Shown here piece by piece: positions 38,511 through 47,748 of a stretch of DNA of 50,119 bases (the stretch's first letter is position 1; each line of letters begins with the position of its first letter). The position numbers and the translations under genes are program-made. The stretch is from a bacterium (GTDB taxonomy: Bacteria; Hydrothermota; 32-111), in assembly GCA_050239825.1 (NCBI GenBank), contig JBFXGO010000005.1:1-50119 (forward strand), written 5' to 3'. Below the pieces are notes generated by a model. It ran no database searches, was not told the origin of the DNA, and saw only the letters and a program-made list of their open reading frames with translations.

Positions 38511-39857
38511 ATGAAAAGAACACTTTTTTCCATTTTATTTTTTTTGATGTGCTTGTGTTTATCAGCTGAGATTGATTATTCAATCTATAATCCTTTGGAT
38601 TCCAACTTTCTATATCCGAAATCTGCTAAAAGTAGTTCAAACATTGAACTTATTTATTCATATACTTATGATATAGATAGAATGCTTGATGTCATTGCTA
38701 TTGACACATTTTGTTTGGTCTGTGATTTCTCCAAAGGGCTAAAAGTTTTCAGCATTGCCAATCAAGAAGCTCCTTATCTTATAGGAACAGGCGAAACAGG
38801 AGGTTATGTACAAAGGATGTACATACATGAGGATAAAGTGTTTGTAGCAGACAGAAAACCGGGAGTATCGGTTATATCATTTGAAGATCCTGCGGAGCCG
38901 TTTCTTCTATCAAGCTATGAAACCGGTGATCTGACTTATGGAGTATATGCGGAAAATCCGTCCGGCAATGAAAAATCTCTTCCTATTAATGTTGATACAA
39001 CATCGACATTGAACAAAGAACCGTTTTTGTATGCGGCTGACAGGTACGGCGGACTTCTTCTTTTCAATGTGACAAACTTCACTCCCAAACTAATGGGACA
39101 GTGTCTGGTGGGATCAGATTATTGTAACAATGTGTGGGTTGAAAAGAGTATTGCCTATGTGGCAAACTGGAGTGACGGCCTTAATGTCGTGGATGTCCAC
39201 AATAAAAATATTCCGATAGTTATAAATAATATTCCAACCAAGGGATTTGCGGCAGACCTGTACATTGTTGATACAACTCTTTACCTCTGTGACGGCGATG
39301 GCCAGTTAAGAATTTTCAATATTGTTGATCCTTATAAAATTGTCGAGCTGGGCACATATGTTACAAGGGGGCAGGCAATTGATGTGTATGTTGTAAATAA
39401 CACGGCATACATTGCGTGTGAATATGGAGGAATAGCAATAGTGGATGTCTCAAATCCTTTAATGCCTCTTGAACTGGGTTACTATCAGGACGGGTCAGCA
39501 CCGAGGGGAGTCTATGCTGTAGGAGACTATATATATGTTGGCGCACAATACAATGGATTCAAAGTATTAAAATATCTGCGTCCTTCCCATGAACTGCCGG
39601 TTGACAGAGACAAAGATGAAAGAGTAAAGCTAATTGATAAAAATATTATAAAAAAGTTTGACGAAAACAGCGAACAGGTTTGTATGACAATTTACAACTC
39701 TCTCGGAACAATAGTGAGCGAAGTGACACTCTCATCGGTCAAAAACTCGCCCGGTGATATAATAAAAGGCATAAAATCTCTGAAAAACGGATTCTATTTT
39801 TATCTCATCGAAAACGGAAAGGAAAAAATAAAGGGCAAATATACACTGATAAGATAA
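38511..39857 (+). CDS. secreted LVIVD-repeat beta-propeller protein with CTD
   Basis: Signal peptide; repeats AYVANWSDGLNVVDV and AYIACEYGGIAIVDVSNP; CTD IYNSLGTIV...LKNGFYFY...KYTLIR; paralog of 33092-34303. Confidence 0.78.
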   Translation: MKRTLFSILFFLMCLCLSAEIDYSIYNPLDSNFLYPKSAKSSSNIELIYSYTYDIDRMLDVIAIDTFCLVCDFSKGLKVFSIANQEAPYLIGTGETGGYVQRMYIHEDKVFVADRKPGVSVISFEDPAEPFLLSSYETGDLTYGVYAENPSGNEKSLPINVDTTSTLNKEPFLYAADRYGGLLLFNVTNFTPKLMGQCLVGSDYCNNVWVEKSIAYVANWSDGLNVVDVHNKNIPIVINNIPTKGFAADLYIVDTTLYLCDGDGQLRIFNIVDPYKIVELGTYVTRGQAIDVYVVNNTAYIACEYGGIAIVDVSNPLMPLELGYYQDGSAPRGVYAVGDYIYVGAQYNGFKVLKYLRPSHELPVDRDKDERVKLIDKNIIKKFDENSEQVCMTIYNSLGTIVSEVTLSSVKNSPGDIIKGIKSLKNGFYFYLIENGKEKIKGKYTLIR

Positions 39858-39905
39858 ATAGAATTTTTTACTTGAATATTTTTGCCTCCAATATATAATA
39901 TATAT

Positions 39906-40619
39906 ATGAGAACATTAATTATTATACCCACATACAACGAAATTGACAATGTAGAAAGAATTATCAATTCCGTTTTAAATCAGTCTGCCGAAATTGAAAT
40001 CCTTATAATTGATGATAATTCACCGGACAAGACAGCTCTTAAAGTGAAAGAGATGATGGCGTCAAATAAGCGAATTCAAATGATTGAGCGTCCGGGCAAA
40101 ATGGGCCTTGGAACAGCTTATGTGACTGGGTTTAAGTATGCCATTGAAAATAATTATGATTTCGTCTTTGAAATGGATGCCGATTTTTCACATGACCCAA
40201 GCGACATAAAGAGATTCCTGAAAGTGATAGAATCAAATGATCTTGTAATAGGGTCAAGGTATTCGGATGGCGTAAGCGTGGTTAATTGGCCTATGAAGAG
40301 GCTGCTTCTCTCATATTTTGCAAATATATATGCAAAGGTGGTGACCGGAGTGCCTGTAGACGACCTTACCGGTGGCTTCAAATGCTATAGGGTGTCATTT
40401 CTCAAAAACATAGAACTTAAAAGAATAAAATCGGATGGATACGGATTTCAAATTGAAATTGATGTAAAAATATTCAAAAAAGGCGGCAGAGTTATTGAAA
40501 TCCCCATAATATTCAGAGACAGGGTAGACGGAGATTCAAAGATGAATAAGAAGATAATCTGGGAGGCTTTCTGGTTGGTGTGGAGGTTGAGACTTCTTTC
40601 AATTTTCAATAAGCTATGA
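39906..40619 (+). CDS. polyprenol-monophosphomannose synthase (Ppm1/DPM1-like GT2)
   Basis: IIPTYNE, DDNSPD, GLGTAY..GF, EMDADFSHDP, DLTGGFKCYR, GYGFQIE. Confidence 0.9.
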   Translation: MRTLIIIPTYNEIDNVERIINSVLNQSAEIEILIIDDNSPDKTALKVKEMMASNKRIQMIERPGKMGLGTAYVTGFKYAIENNYDFVFEMDADFSHDPSDIKRFLKVIESNDLVIGSRYSDGVSVVNWPMKRLLLSYFANIYAKVVTGVPVDDLTGGFKCYRVSFLKNIELKRIKSDGYGFQIEIDVKIFKKGGRVIEIPIIFRDRVDGDSKMNKKIIWEAFWLVWRLRLLSIFNKL

Positions 40620-40622
40620 GAT

Positions 40623-41519
40623 ATGGTAACAATAATAATAGTTACTTATAACTCGGAAAATTTCATAAAAAAATGCATTGAGGGTGTATATTCAAAAACT
40701 GAAGATGTGGAATATGAAATCATAGTAGTTGACAACAACTCTACAGACAGAACCGCTGAAATTGTCTATAGGAATTTCAAAAATGTCAGACTCATAAGAA
40801 ATAGAAAGAATATGGGATTCGGAGCCGCCAACAACATAGCCATAGAAAGGTCTTCCGGTGAATACATAATGCTTCTTAACCCTGATACTGTTCTTGAAAA
40901 CAATGCGATAAAAGTGCTTGTTGACCAGCTGAAAGCAGATTCCAATGTCGGTTGCGCCGGTGCCAAGCTCCTATATTTTGACGGCTCACTGCAATTGTCT
41001 TGCAGACAATTTCCCAATTATATAAATGTTTTTTTTGGGAGACGCTCGATAATCCGCCATCTGTTTCCAAAGAATCCGGTAAGCCGCGAATTTATGCTTG
41101 AAAATATGGACTATAACTATGTACAGGAGGTTGATTGGATAATGGGCGCGGCAATGATGATGCGCCGCAGTACGATAGAAGAGGTGGGGAGTTTCGACGA
41201 GAGGTATTTTCTGTTTGTTGAAGATACTGACCTTTGCTATAGAATGGTCTCTTCCGGCAAAAAGGTGGTTTATGTTCCTTCAGCCGTGATAAGGCATTTT
41301 CATGGAGCAAGTGTTAGAAGGGGATTCTCAAAATCTCAGCTTCACCACAATATCGGAATGTATAAATTTTTTAAAAAATATTCAATACCTAAAAACAAAG
41401 CACTTGAATTTGTTCTTTACTGTGCCATACTTGTAAGGCTTACCATAGTTTTTGCAACCGAACAGTTTTTCACGGTTCTAAAGCTTGTCAGAAGAAAACC
41501 AATGGAGGAGTACAGATGA
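40623..41519 (+). CDS. GT2 glycosyltransferase (WbbL/rhamnosyltransferase-like)
   Basis: IIVTYNS, VVDNNSTD, GFGAANN, LLNPDT, FDERYFLFVEDTDLC. Confidence 0.88.
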   Translation: MVTIIIVTYNSENFIKKCIEGVYSKTEDVEYEIIVVDNNSTDRTAEIVYRNFKNVRLIRNRKNMGFGAANNIAIERSSGEYIMLLNPDTVLENNAIKVLVDQLKADSNVGCAGAKLLYFDGSLQLSCRQFPNYINVFFGRRSIIRHLFPKNPVSREFMLENMDYNYVQEVDWIMGAAMMMRRSTIEEVGSFDERYFLFVEDTDLCYRMVSSGKKVVYVPSAVIRHFHGASVRRGFSKSQLHHNIGMYKFFKKYSIPKNKALEFVLYCAILVRLTIVFATEQFFTVLKLVRRKPMEEYR

Positions 41520-42352
41520 ATTCAAAAAATTTCGAAAATAGTCAGACAGTTGACAGAGCTGTCTATCAGTTAAATGTCTTTCGTTTGCATGAATATGAAA
41601 TTGTAAAGGATTATATAAAAGGAAAAACAGTTCTGCATGTGGGCTGCAAGGAAGGGGCAGGCACTCAGTTAATGAGTCTTCATGCCGCAAAGGTTGTGGG
41701 GATGGATTCTGATCCTGAAATGATAAAAAGGGCCAGAGAGGACAACAAACGGGATAATATTGAATTCATAATGATTGATTCGGACGAAAAGAAGAGTCTT
41801 CCGTTTCAATCCTCTTCATTTGATGCAGTAGTGGCGTTTCAGTTTCTGGAAAATCTTGAAGAACCGTCGGTTTTTTTGAGAGAGGTGAAGAGAGTTTTGA
41901 AAAACAACGGAATTCTGATTATGTCAACACACAACAGGTCTATACGTCTCTTTCCGTTTCAGGCGCCGTGGAACTATTTTCATAAGAAAGAGTATGATTA
42001 TTATGAATTTGAAAACATTCTTGCCAGACATTTCGAGGATTTTAAGATAAAAGACCTCTCATTTACCGGAATGTGCCGAAGACGCGAGCTCGGGCGGCTG
42101 ACAAAAGTGAAAATATTTTTAGCTCCGTTTTCCGCAGTCTTTGTGCCAGAGAAGATTCGAAACAGAATGCTGGAAATAATATGGAATGTTTTCAAGGGAG
42201 ACCTGCTGTTTTTCATTGGCAAGAGAGACTTATACAAGGCGGCGGAACAGGAAGCCAAATATGTCAAAAAGCACATCTTAGTAAAGGAGATGTCAAAGAG
42301 CAAGCCCATCTATTTCCTGTGCTTCTGCACCAATAGCAAAAAAACGGAATGA
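41516..42352 (+). CDS. class I SAM-dependent methyltransferase
   Basis: VLHVGCKEG, LPFQSSSFDAVV, LREVKRVLKNNG. Confidence 0.8.
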   Translation: MNSKNFENSQTVDRAVYQLNVFRLHEYEIVKDYIKGKTVLHVGCKEGAGTQLMSLHAAKVVGMDSDPEMIKRAREDNKRDNIEFIMIDSDEKKSLPFQSSSFDAVVAFQFLENLEEPSVFLREVKRVLKNNGILIMSTHNRSIRLFPFQAPWNYFHKKEYDYYEFENILARHFEDFKIKDLSFTGMCRRRELGRLTKVKIFLAPFSAVFVPEKIRNRMLEIIWNVFKGDLLFFIGKRDLYKAAEQEAKYVKKHILVKEMSKSKPIYFLCFCTNSKKTE

Positions 42353-42915
42353 AGATAGCCGTAACAGGTAAATTCGCAAGCGGAAAAAGCTCTTTCTGCT
42401 CATTTTTCAGCAGGGGGAAGATATGGGTTCTCTCCGGAGATGAAATAGGAAAAGAGGTTCTTGAGGAAAATAAAAGTGAGATTCTCTCCCTTCTTAAAAT
42501 AAAACAATCCGATGATTATCTTGAAAAGATGAAAAAACTTTTTCTTGAAGACGAATCAAAATTCATCAAATACAACAATTGGATGTACCTGCACCTTCCC
42601 GAAGAGATTATTAGCAGATGTTCGAGATATGACGATATCATCCTTGATGCGGCGCTTGTTTTCGAGTGGCAGATTGATGAGTATTTTGATTTCAACATAC
42701 TTGTTCTTGACGGCAGTTTCAAAGAGAGGTTCAACAGGGCATCGGAGCAGAGGCCTGGTGCGGATGAAGAGCTTTATAGATTGCTTGACAAATATCAGTG
42801 GAGCGATGATAAAAAGAAAATTTATGCGAATCTGTGTGTGGAGAACAACGAAACCCTAAAGGAACTTAAGGCGAAAGCCGATGAGACATTCAATAAAATA
42901 TTCGGGATTGATTAG
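42349..42915 (+). CDS. coaE: dephospho-CoA kinase (divergent)
   Basis: IAVTGKFASGKS P-loop, D.IG..V, ILDAALVFE, Q and VENN motifs. Confidence 0.7.
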   Translation: MKIAVTGKFASGKSSFCSFFSRGKIWVLSGDEIGKEVLEENKSEILSLLKIKQSDDYLEKMKKLFLEDESKFIKYNNWMYLHLPEEIISRCSRYDDIILDAALVFEWQIDEYFDFNILVLDGSFKERFNRASEQRPGADEELYRLLDKYQWSDDKKKIYANLCVENNETLKELKAKADETFNKIFGID

Positions 42916-43759
42916 TATTCTTATTCTTTCATTTGCTTCATGCAGTGCAGAGCCGATAGATGGCGACTATGCATTCTCTCTGATTGAGAAACAGTGCTCT
43001 TTCGGAGCAAGAGTGCCGGGAACCGATGCACATGAAGAATGTGTGTTTTTTATCAGGAATGAGGCTGAAAAGTACGCGGACACGGTTTATTTGCAGCAAT
43101 TCAAGAAGAGAGTATCCTATGACTCGGATACAATCCTTTTCACTAATATAATTGCGGAGATTAATCCGGACGAATCAAGAAAAATAATGCTCTTTTCCCA
43201 TTATGACTCAAGGCCATTTTCATCAAAGAAAAACACGCCGACACCGGGGGCAAATGACGGAGCTTCCAGCACAGCTCTATTGATAGCAATGATGAAGCAG
43301 ATGAAGAAAGACAGCATAAAAGATAATATTGTCTTTGTGTTTTTTGACGGAGAGGATGGAGGGAGGGATATTCACTATGATGAATGGTTCATAGGGAGCA
43401 GGTACTTTGCGGAAAAATACAATGAAAAGCTTCCCGAAATGGCAATACTTCTCGATATGATAGGAGACAATGACCTTCTTATAAAAAAAGAGGGGAATTC
43501 CGAGTTGTTTAATCATGAACTGAATACGAAAATATTTAAAAATGCAGAGAAGCTTAAAAAGAAGACATTTGAAAATGCAATAGGATATTTTGTCGATGAC
43601 GACCATATAGCCCTTAACAAAGCTGGTTTCAGGTGCGTGGACATAATAGATATGGATTATGCCTACTGGCACACTCCGGAAGACACTCCCGACAAATGCT
43701 CCAAAGAGAGTCTTGTTGATGTCGGAGAGGTTATTTTAAAGACAATTTATGAAAGATAA
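42881..43759 (+). CDS. M28-family zinc peptidase / glutaminyl-cyclase-like lipoprotein
   Basis: Lipobox FASC; FGARVPGT, HYDSRP, GANDGAS, FFDGED, LLDMIG, DDH, YWHT. Confidence 0.8.
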   Translation: MRHSIKYSGLISILILSFASCSAEPIDGDYAFSLIEKQCSFGARVPGTDAHEECVFFIRNEAEKYADTVYLQQFKKRVSYDSDTILFTNIIAEINPDESRKIMLFSHYDSRPFSSKKNTPTPGANDGASSTALLIAMMKQMKKDSIKDNIVFVFFDGEDGGRDIHYDEWFIGSRYFAEKYNEKLPEMAILLDMIGDNDLLIKKEGNSELFNHELNTKIFKNAEKLKKKTFENAIGYFVDDDHIALNKAGFRCVDIIDMDYAYWHTPEDTPDKCSKESLVDVGEVILKTIYER

Positions 43760-44066
43760 GAAGTATTTTTTCTTCACTCTCTTTTTGACCGGAGCGGCTA
43801 TTTTAATAACTCTCATTTCTTCTGCAGAAGCCGGCAAACAAAGACCGTTACAATCTGTGATAAAAGATGTGAAGGTTGACATAAACAATGCTCAGATTGA
43901 AGATCTAATGAGGATTCCCGGCATAGGAGAGAAGAAGGCGCGTGATATAATCGATTATCGCGAAAAGGAGGGCATCTTTATGTCTGTTGAAGAAATAATG
44001 AATATAAAGGGAATCAAAAAAACTACATTTGAAAAAATAAAAGAGCATATTTATGTTTCTGAATAA
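43749..44066 (+). CDS. comEA: ComEA-family HhH DNA-binding protein
   Basis: N-terminal hydrophobic anchor; VDINNA..EDLMRIPGIGEKKA..IIDYRE..G.F..VEE..IKGI. Confidence 0.85.
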   Translation: MKDKKYFFFTLFLTGAAILITLISSAEAGKQRPLQSVIKDVKVDINNAQIEDLMRIPGIGEKKARDIIDYREKEGIFMSVEEIMNIKGIKKTTFEKIKEHIYVSE

Positions 44067-44937
44067 AATCAGAAGAATTGATCTTGCAGAATACTCAGAA
44101 CTGACGAAAGAATACACACTGAAAAGCGTTTTTACCGAAAGAGATTATATGTCAGCTGTCATGAAAATAAAAAACATAGAGCTCTTTTCTCTTTCAAACA
44201 AGGAAAAAATCGTGGGAGTCTTTCCCGTCAATGTAATAAAACGCGGATTCGTAAGAATCTTTCTTCCGCCGCCATTCACCCCATACTTCAACCTGCTTCT
44301 TTCATCTGTGCCTGACAAAGAGCGGGAAAAAATGAGATTCCTTGAAGAGACAATCGGGAATTATGTTTCATTCCTTAAAGCAAAATTCATGTATTTTTCT
44401 GTACCGCAATCACCTGACTTCGACGATTCAAGGCATTTCTCATGGAGCGGAGCTTCTGTTTCTTTAAGATACACCTATATTTATTCAAACAATCAGATGT
44501 CCGCAGATTCTGTCGACAGAATGCTTAAAAACAGAAATATTGGAGAAATTTCGGAGGAATATGATTTTGAGAACAGCTATAATATGCTTAAAGTTTCATA
44601 CAAGAATAAACCTCCGGTGAAGCTGAAAGAGTATCTTCTCTTGATGGAATCTCTGAAAGAGAAAAATCTGATAAAATGCTTTTCATCAAAAGATGCAAAT
44701 GTGACATTTCTGCTGGACCGGGAGTCGTCAACAGCCTATACATACAATATAAGCGGAAGGGAGACGGCGCCGCTCATTTTCTCCGCTGCCACAAGAGGAT
44801 TGTTGGACGGGTTTTCAATAGATTTCCACGGAGCAAACACGAAGAGAATCTCTCTCTACAAATCAATGTTCAACCCAAAGATAAAAAGCTATTTCAGTAT
44901 TTCAGGCTACCATGATTTTTTTAAAAAATTCAACTGA
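44053..44937 (+). CDS. hypothetical protein, FemAB/GNAT-like
   Basis: PPPFTPYF, RYTY and IDFHGAN..ISLYKSMFNP resemble GNAT/FemAB-type glycan-modifying proteins. Confidence 0.5.
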   Translation: MFLNKIRRIDLAEYSELTKEYTLKSVFTERDYMSAVMKIKNIELFSLSNKEKIVGVFPVNVIKRGFVRIFLPPPFTPYFNLLLSSVPDKEREKMRFLEETIGNYVSFLKAKFMYFSVPQSPDFDDSRHFSWSGASVSLRYTYIYSNNQMSADSVDRMLKNRNIGEISEEYDFENSYNMLKVSYKNKPPVKLKEYLLLMESLKEKNLIKCFSSKDANVTFLLDRESSTAYTYNISGRETAPLIFSAATRGLLDGFSIDFHGANTKRISLYKSMFNPKIKSYFSISGYHDFFKKFN

Positions 44938-46339
44938 ACTTGAAGCCGACCTCTTTCTTGTAGCGGCAGAGAATATTTATCTTCACTCAGGTATTTTGGA
45001 GAGCGGGAGAGGAACGAAGGTTGAATACATTGGGAGTCTTGAAGAAGCAGAGAAGCCGGGAATCTATATTCTCAGAGATGACAATCTTGCCTCAGGCTTT
45101 ATAAAAAGCATGAGCAAGTGTGATGAATATTTCATACCGAATGAAAACATTCCTTCAGGTTTTCAGACAGATGAAACTTCTCTCTTTTGCGAGAAGGATG
45201 GAATTTACCTTCTTAAATTTGACTTGATTTTCATGATGCTCTCTCTGATGTTTAACAAGGTTCGTTTTGATAAGAGAGAGGATTTTGTCTCCTTTGGAAG
45301 GTATCAGAGAATTCCATTCATGGAGCATCTCCTCTTGAAACTTAAAGATGATTTAAAGATGCTTTCAGTCAAAAACAAATCCATATTTGCAGAAACTTCT
45401 TATGATGCCGCGCCTCACTTCCTGCCGACATTTGATTTTGACAGAATACATTATTACAGCTCATTGAAGGATATCGTTTATACGGCGCTTTCTGCACTTG
45501 GCGCGAAAGGAAAAGCGAAAACCTATATGGAGGCAAGAAGAGCCGAGAGAAAAGACCCTTGGGAAAGAGGCGAAGAAATTAAAAATCTCCTTGAAAAAAA
45601 TAAACTGAAAGGGGCATATTTTGCCTTTGTTTCAGAGAGAGATAAATTTGCAGTCAGGTACTCATTAAAAGATGCAAGGGCAATTAAAGAAAACTCCCCT
45701 GAAAATACGGCATTCGGCATACATTTGTCATACGAATCAGCCTCAGAAATCGGCAGGGCGAGAAAAGAGATCGAAAAAGGCAGGAAGATAAATGACGGAA
45801 AAATGTATACAAGATTTCACTATTTGTACCATATAAATGAAAGAATAAGCGAAATGATGAACGAAGAGAATGTTTCAGCAGATTTCTCTGAAGGTATGAG
45901 GGGGCGAATAGGCTTTTCGAACGGATTTTGCGCGCCATATAGGCTTAAAAGCCAAGGAACTGTGGAAATACCTGTCTCGGCAATGGACAGCGCAATGGTT
46001 CTTGAATCAAAAAAAGAATGTTATTCTTTATTGAAGATTGCCGAAGAGGTGGCCAGAGTCAATGGTGTTTTTGCTACAATATATCACCCGTCTTCGATGG
46101 ACAGAAGGACATTTCCAGAGTATGACGGCATTATAGAGGCAATGATTGAAGCTGGGAGAGGCATGGAGAACAAATCCATGGAGGATATTTTGGAGCATTA
46201 CATGACTCGTCCCGTTTTTTTATATGAAGATAAAATATTTTCAGTTGACAATAATTCAAAAAAGAATATAAAATTATATTTGAATGACAATAAGATCCTG
46301 CTTAAAAAAGGTGAAAGCATAACAATAAAGGAGGAATAA
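44912..46339 (+). CDS. polysaccharide deacetylase-like protein
   Basis: TFDFD, FGIHLSY, RFHYL, IGF.NG.C.PY, EIP..AMD, IYHP motifs. Confidence 0.65.
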   Translation: MIFLKNSTELEADLFLVAAENIYLHSGILESGRGTKVEYIGSLEEAEKPGIYILRDDNLASGFIKSMSKCDEYFIPNENIPSGFQTDETSLFCEKDGIYLLKFDLIFMMLSLMFNKVRFDKREDFVSFGRYQRIPFMEHLLLKLKDDLKMLSVKNKSIFAETSYDAAPHFLPTFDFDRIHYYSSLKDIVYTALSALGAKGKAKTYMEARRAERKDPWERGEEIKNLLEKNKLKGAYFAFVSERDKFAVRYSLKDARAIKENSPENTAFGIHLSYESASEIGRARKEIEKGRKINDGKMYTRFHYLYHINERISEMMNEENVSADFSEGMRGRIGFSNGFCAPYRLKSQGTVEIPVSAMDSAMVLESKKECYSLLKIAEEVARVNGVFATIYHPSSMDRRTFPEYDGIIEAMIEAGRGMENKSMEDILEHYMTRPVFLYEDKIFSVDNNSKKNIKLYLNDNKILLKKGESITIKEE

Positions 46340-46596
46340 TGAAAAAAAATGTTATCCTGATTTTGGTAAACAACAGGAGCAAATCGGCAGTGGCAATGCA
46401 GAAGCTTCTCACTGAATTCGGATGCATAATAAAGACGCGTCTCGGCGTACATGATGGAGTTGAAAATGTTTGTTCTGAGTGCGGTCTTGTGATGGTTGAG
46501 CTCTCAGGAGAAGATAAAGAGGCGAAACTTCTTCATGACAAACTGATAGCAATAAAAGGCGTTACTGCAAAACTCGTCAGCTTGAAGATGAAGTAA
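46339..46596 (+). CDS. small ACT-like protein, TM1266 (iron-only hydrogenase regulator)-like
   Basis: MQKLLTEFGCIIKTRLGVH motif; AAGGAGG RBS. Confidence 0.7.
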   Translation: MKKNVILILVNNRSKSAVAMQKLLTEFGCIIKTRLGVHDGVENVCSECGLVMVELSGEDKEAKLLHDKLIAIKGVTAKLVSLKMK

Positions 46597-47748
46597 TTGA
46601 CAAAAAGACTGATTGTTGTAACTAGTCTACATAGGGCTGACGACCACAGAATTTATCACAAACAAATACTCTCCCTTAAGGGAGAGTATGATATTACTTT
46701 AATATGCCCAAAAGACAAATTACCGCCGGGGTTTAAACCTGAAGTAAAGATAATTCCCATAGACGGTGGAGAGGGCAAATTATCAAGACTTTTCTTCATA
46801 TATCGCATTTTGAAATTATTAAGGAAAGAGAGGAATTCTCTGATCCTTTTTCATGATTTTGAGCTTATTTTTGCGGCTGTTTTTCTAAGAATCTTAGAAA
46901 ATGGAAACGAAATACTTTATGATATGCATGAGGACTATCCAAGCCAGATTCTTCTCTCAAGAAAAATCCCTGACGCTTTTAAGCCTTCATTTTATATTTT
47001 TCTTATGCTTTCAGAGATGCTTCTTCTGCCTCTGTTTGATCACCTATTCACTGCAGATGATTTTCTTAAAAGAAAATACTATTCAATTATGAAGGGGAAA
47101 ATAACTTCCGTTTTCAATTTTCCGGAATTTAGGCGCGTTGAAATCAAAAGGATTCAGAAAGAAAGACTCTCTCTCGTTTATTGCGGAGGCCTTTATTTTG
47201 AAAGAGGTTTATATGAACTATCAGTACTTGCCGAAATGCTACCGGAATGCGACATCCACCTTTTCGGAAGAACATTTACGGATGAGGAGAATGATTTTCT
47301 CAAAAAGAGTATCGCTTCTCATAAGAATATAATTTTTCACGGTTATAAACCATATGATGAACTACTTCAAATTCTTCCCGCAATGGATTTCGGTCTTGTC
47401 CTGATGAAGGCAAACAAAAAATTCAGAAGGAACATATCCGTAAAACAGTTTGATTATATGCTGTCGGGGGTTCCGGTCATAATAAGAAAAGGACTTGTCT
47501 CTTTTGTGGAGGATGGAATTACAGGATACAATGTGTCATCTGTTGAAGAAGCAGCAGAAAAGATAAAAAATGTTGGATATGAGGAAATAGACATTATGAG
47601 GAAAAAAGCATCAGAAAAGATAGAGAAAGAGCTGAACTGGAAAAAGGAATCTATGAAAATGAAGGAGAGTCTTAGGAAAATAGTCAGTCTGAAAGGTGCT
47701 TCTGAATGTCAAGAATATCGTCAAGACCCGCAAAAAAGGCATCGATGA
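46597..47748 (+). CDS. GT4 glycosyltransferase
   Basis: TSLHRADDHRIYHK, FHDFE, YDMHEDY, KQFDYMLSGVPVI; TTG start. Confidence 0.8.
   Translation: MTKRLIVVTSLHRADDHRIYHKQILSLKGEYDITLICPKDKLPPGFKPEVKIIPIDGGEGKLSRLFFIYRILKLLRKERNSLILFHDFELIFAAVFLRILENGNEILYDMHEDYPSQILLSRKIPDAFKPSFYIFLMLSEMLLLPLFDHLFTADDFLKRKYYSIMKGKITSVFNFPEFRRVEIKRIQKERLSLVYCGGLYFERGLYELSVLAEMLPECDIHLFGRTFTDEENDFLKKSIASHKNIIFHGYKPYDELLQILPAMDFGLVLMKANKKFRRNISVKQFDYMLSGVPVIIRKGLVSFVEDGITGYNVSSVEEAAEKIKNVGYEEIDIMRKKASEKIEKELNWKKESMKMKESLRKIVSLKGASECQEYRQDPQKRHR

Noticed and set aside
47684..47748. 65-nt convergent overlap of GT4 and HD-GYP genes
   Set aside because: The GT4 tail looks like a non-conserved extension; small convergent overlaps (also 35034-35044) are common in compact genomes.
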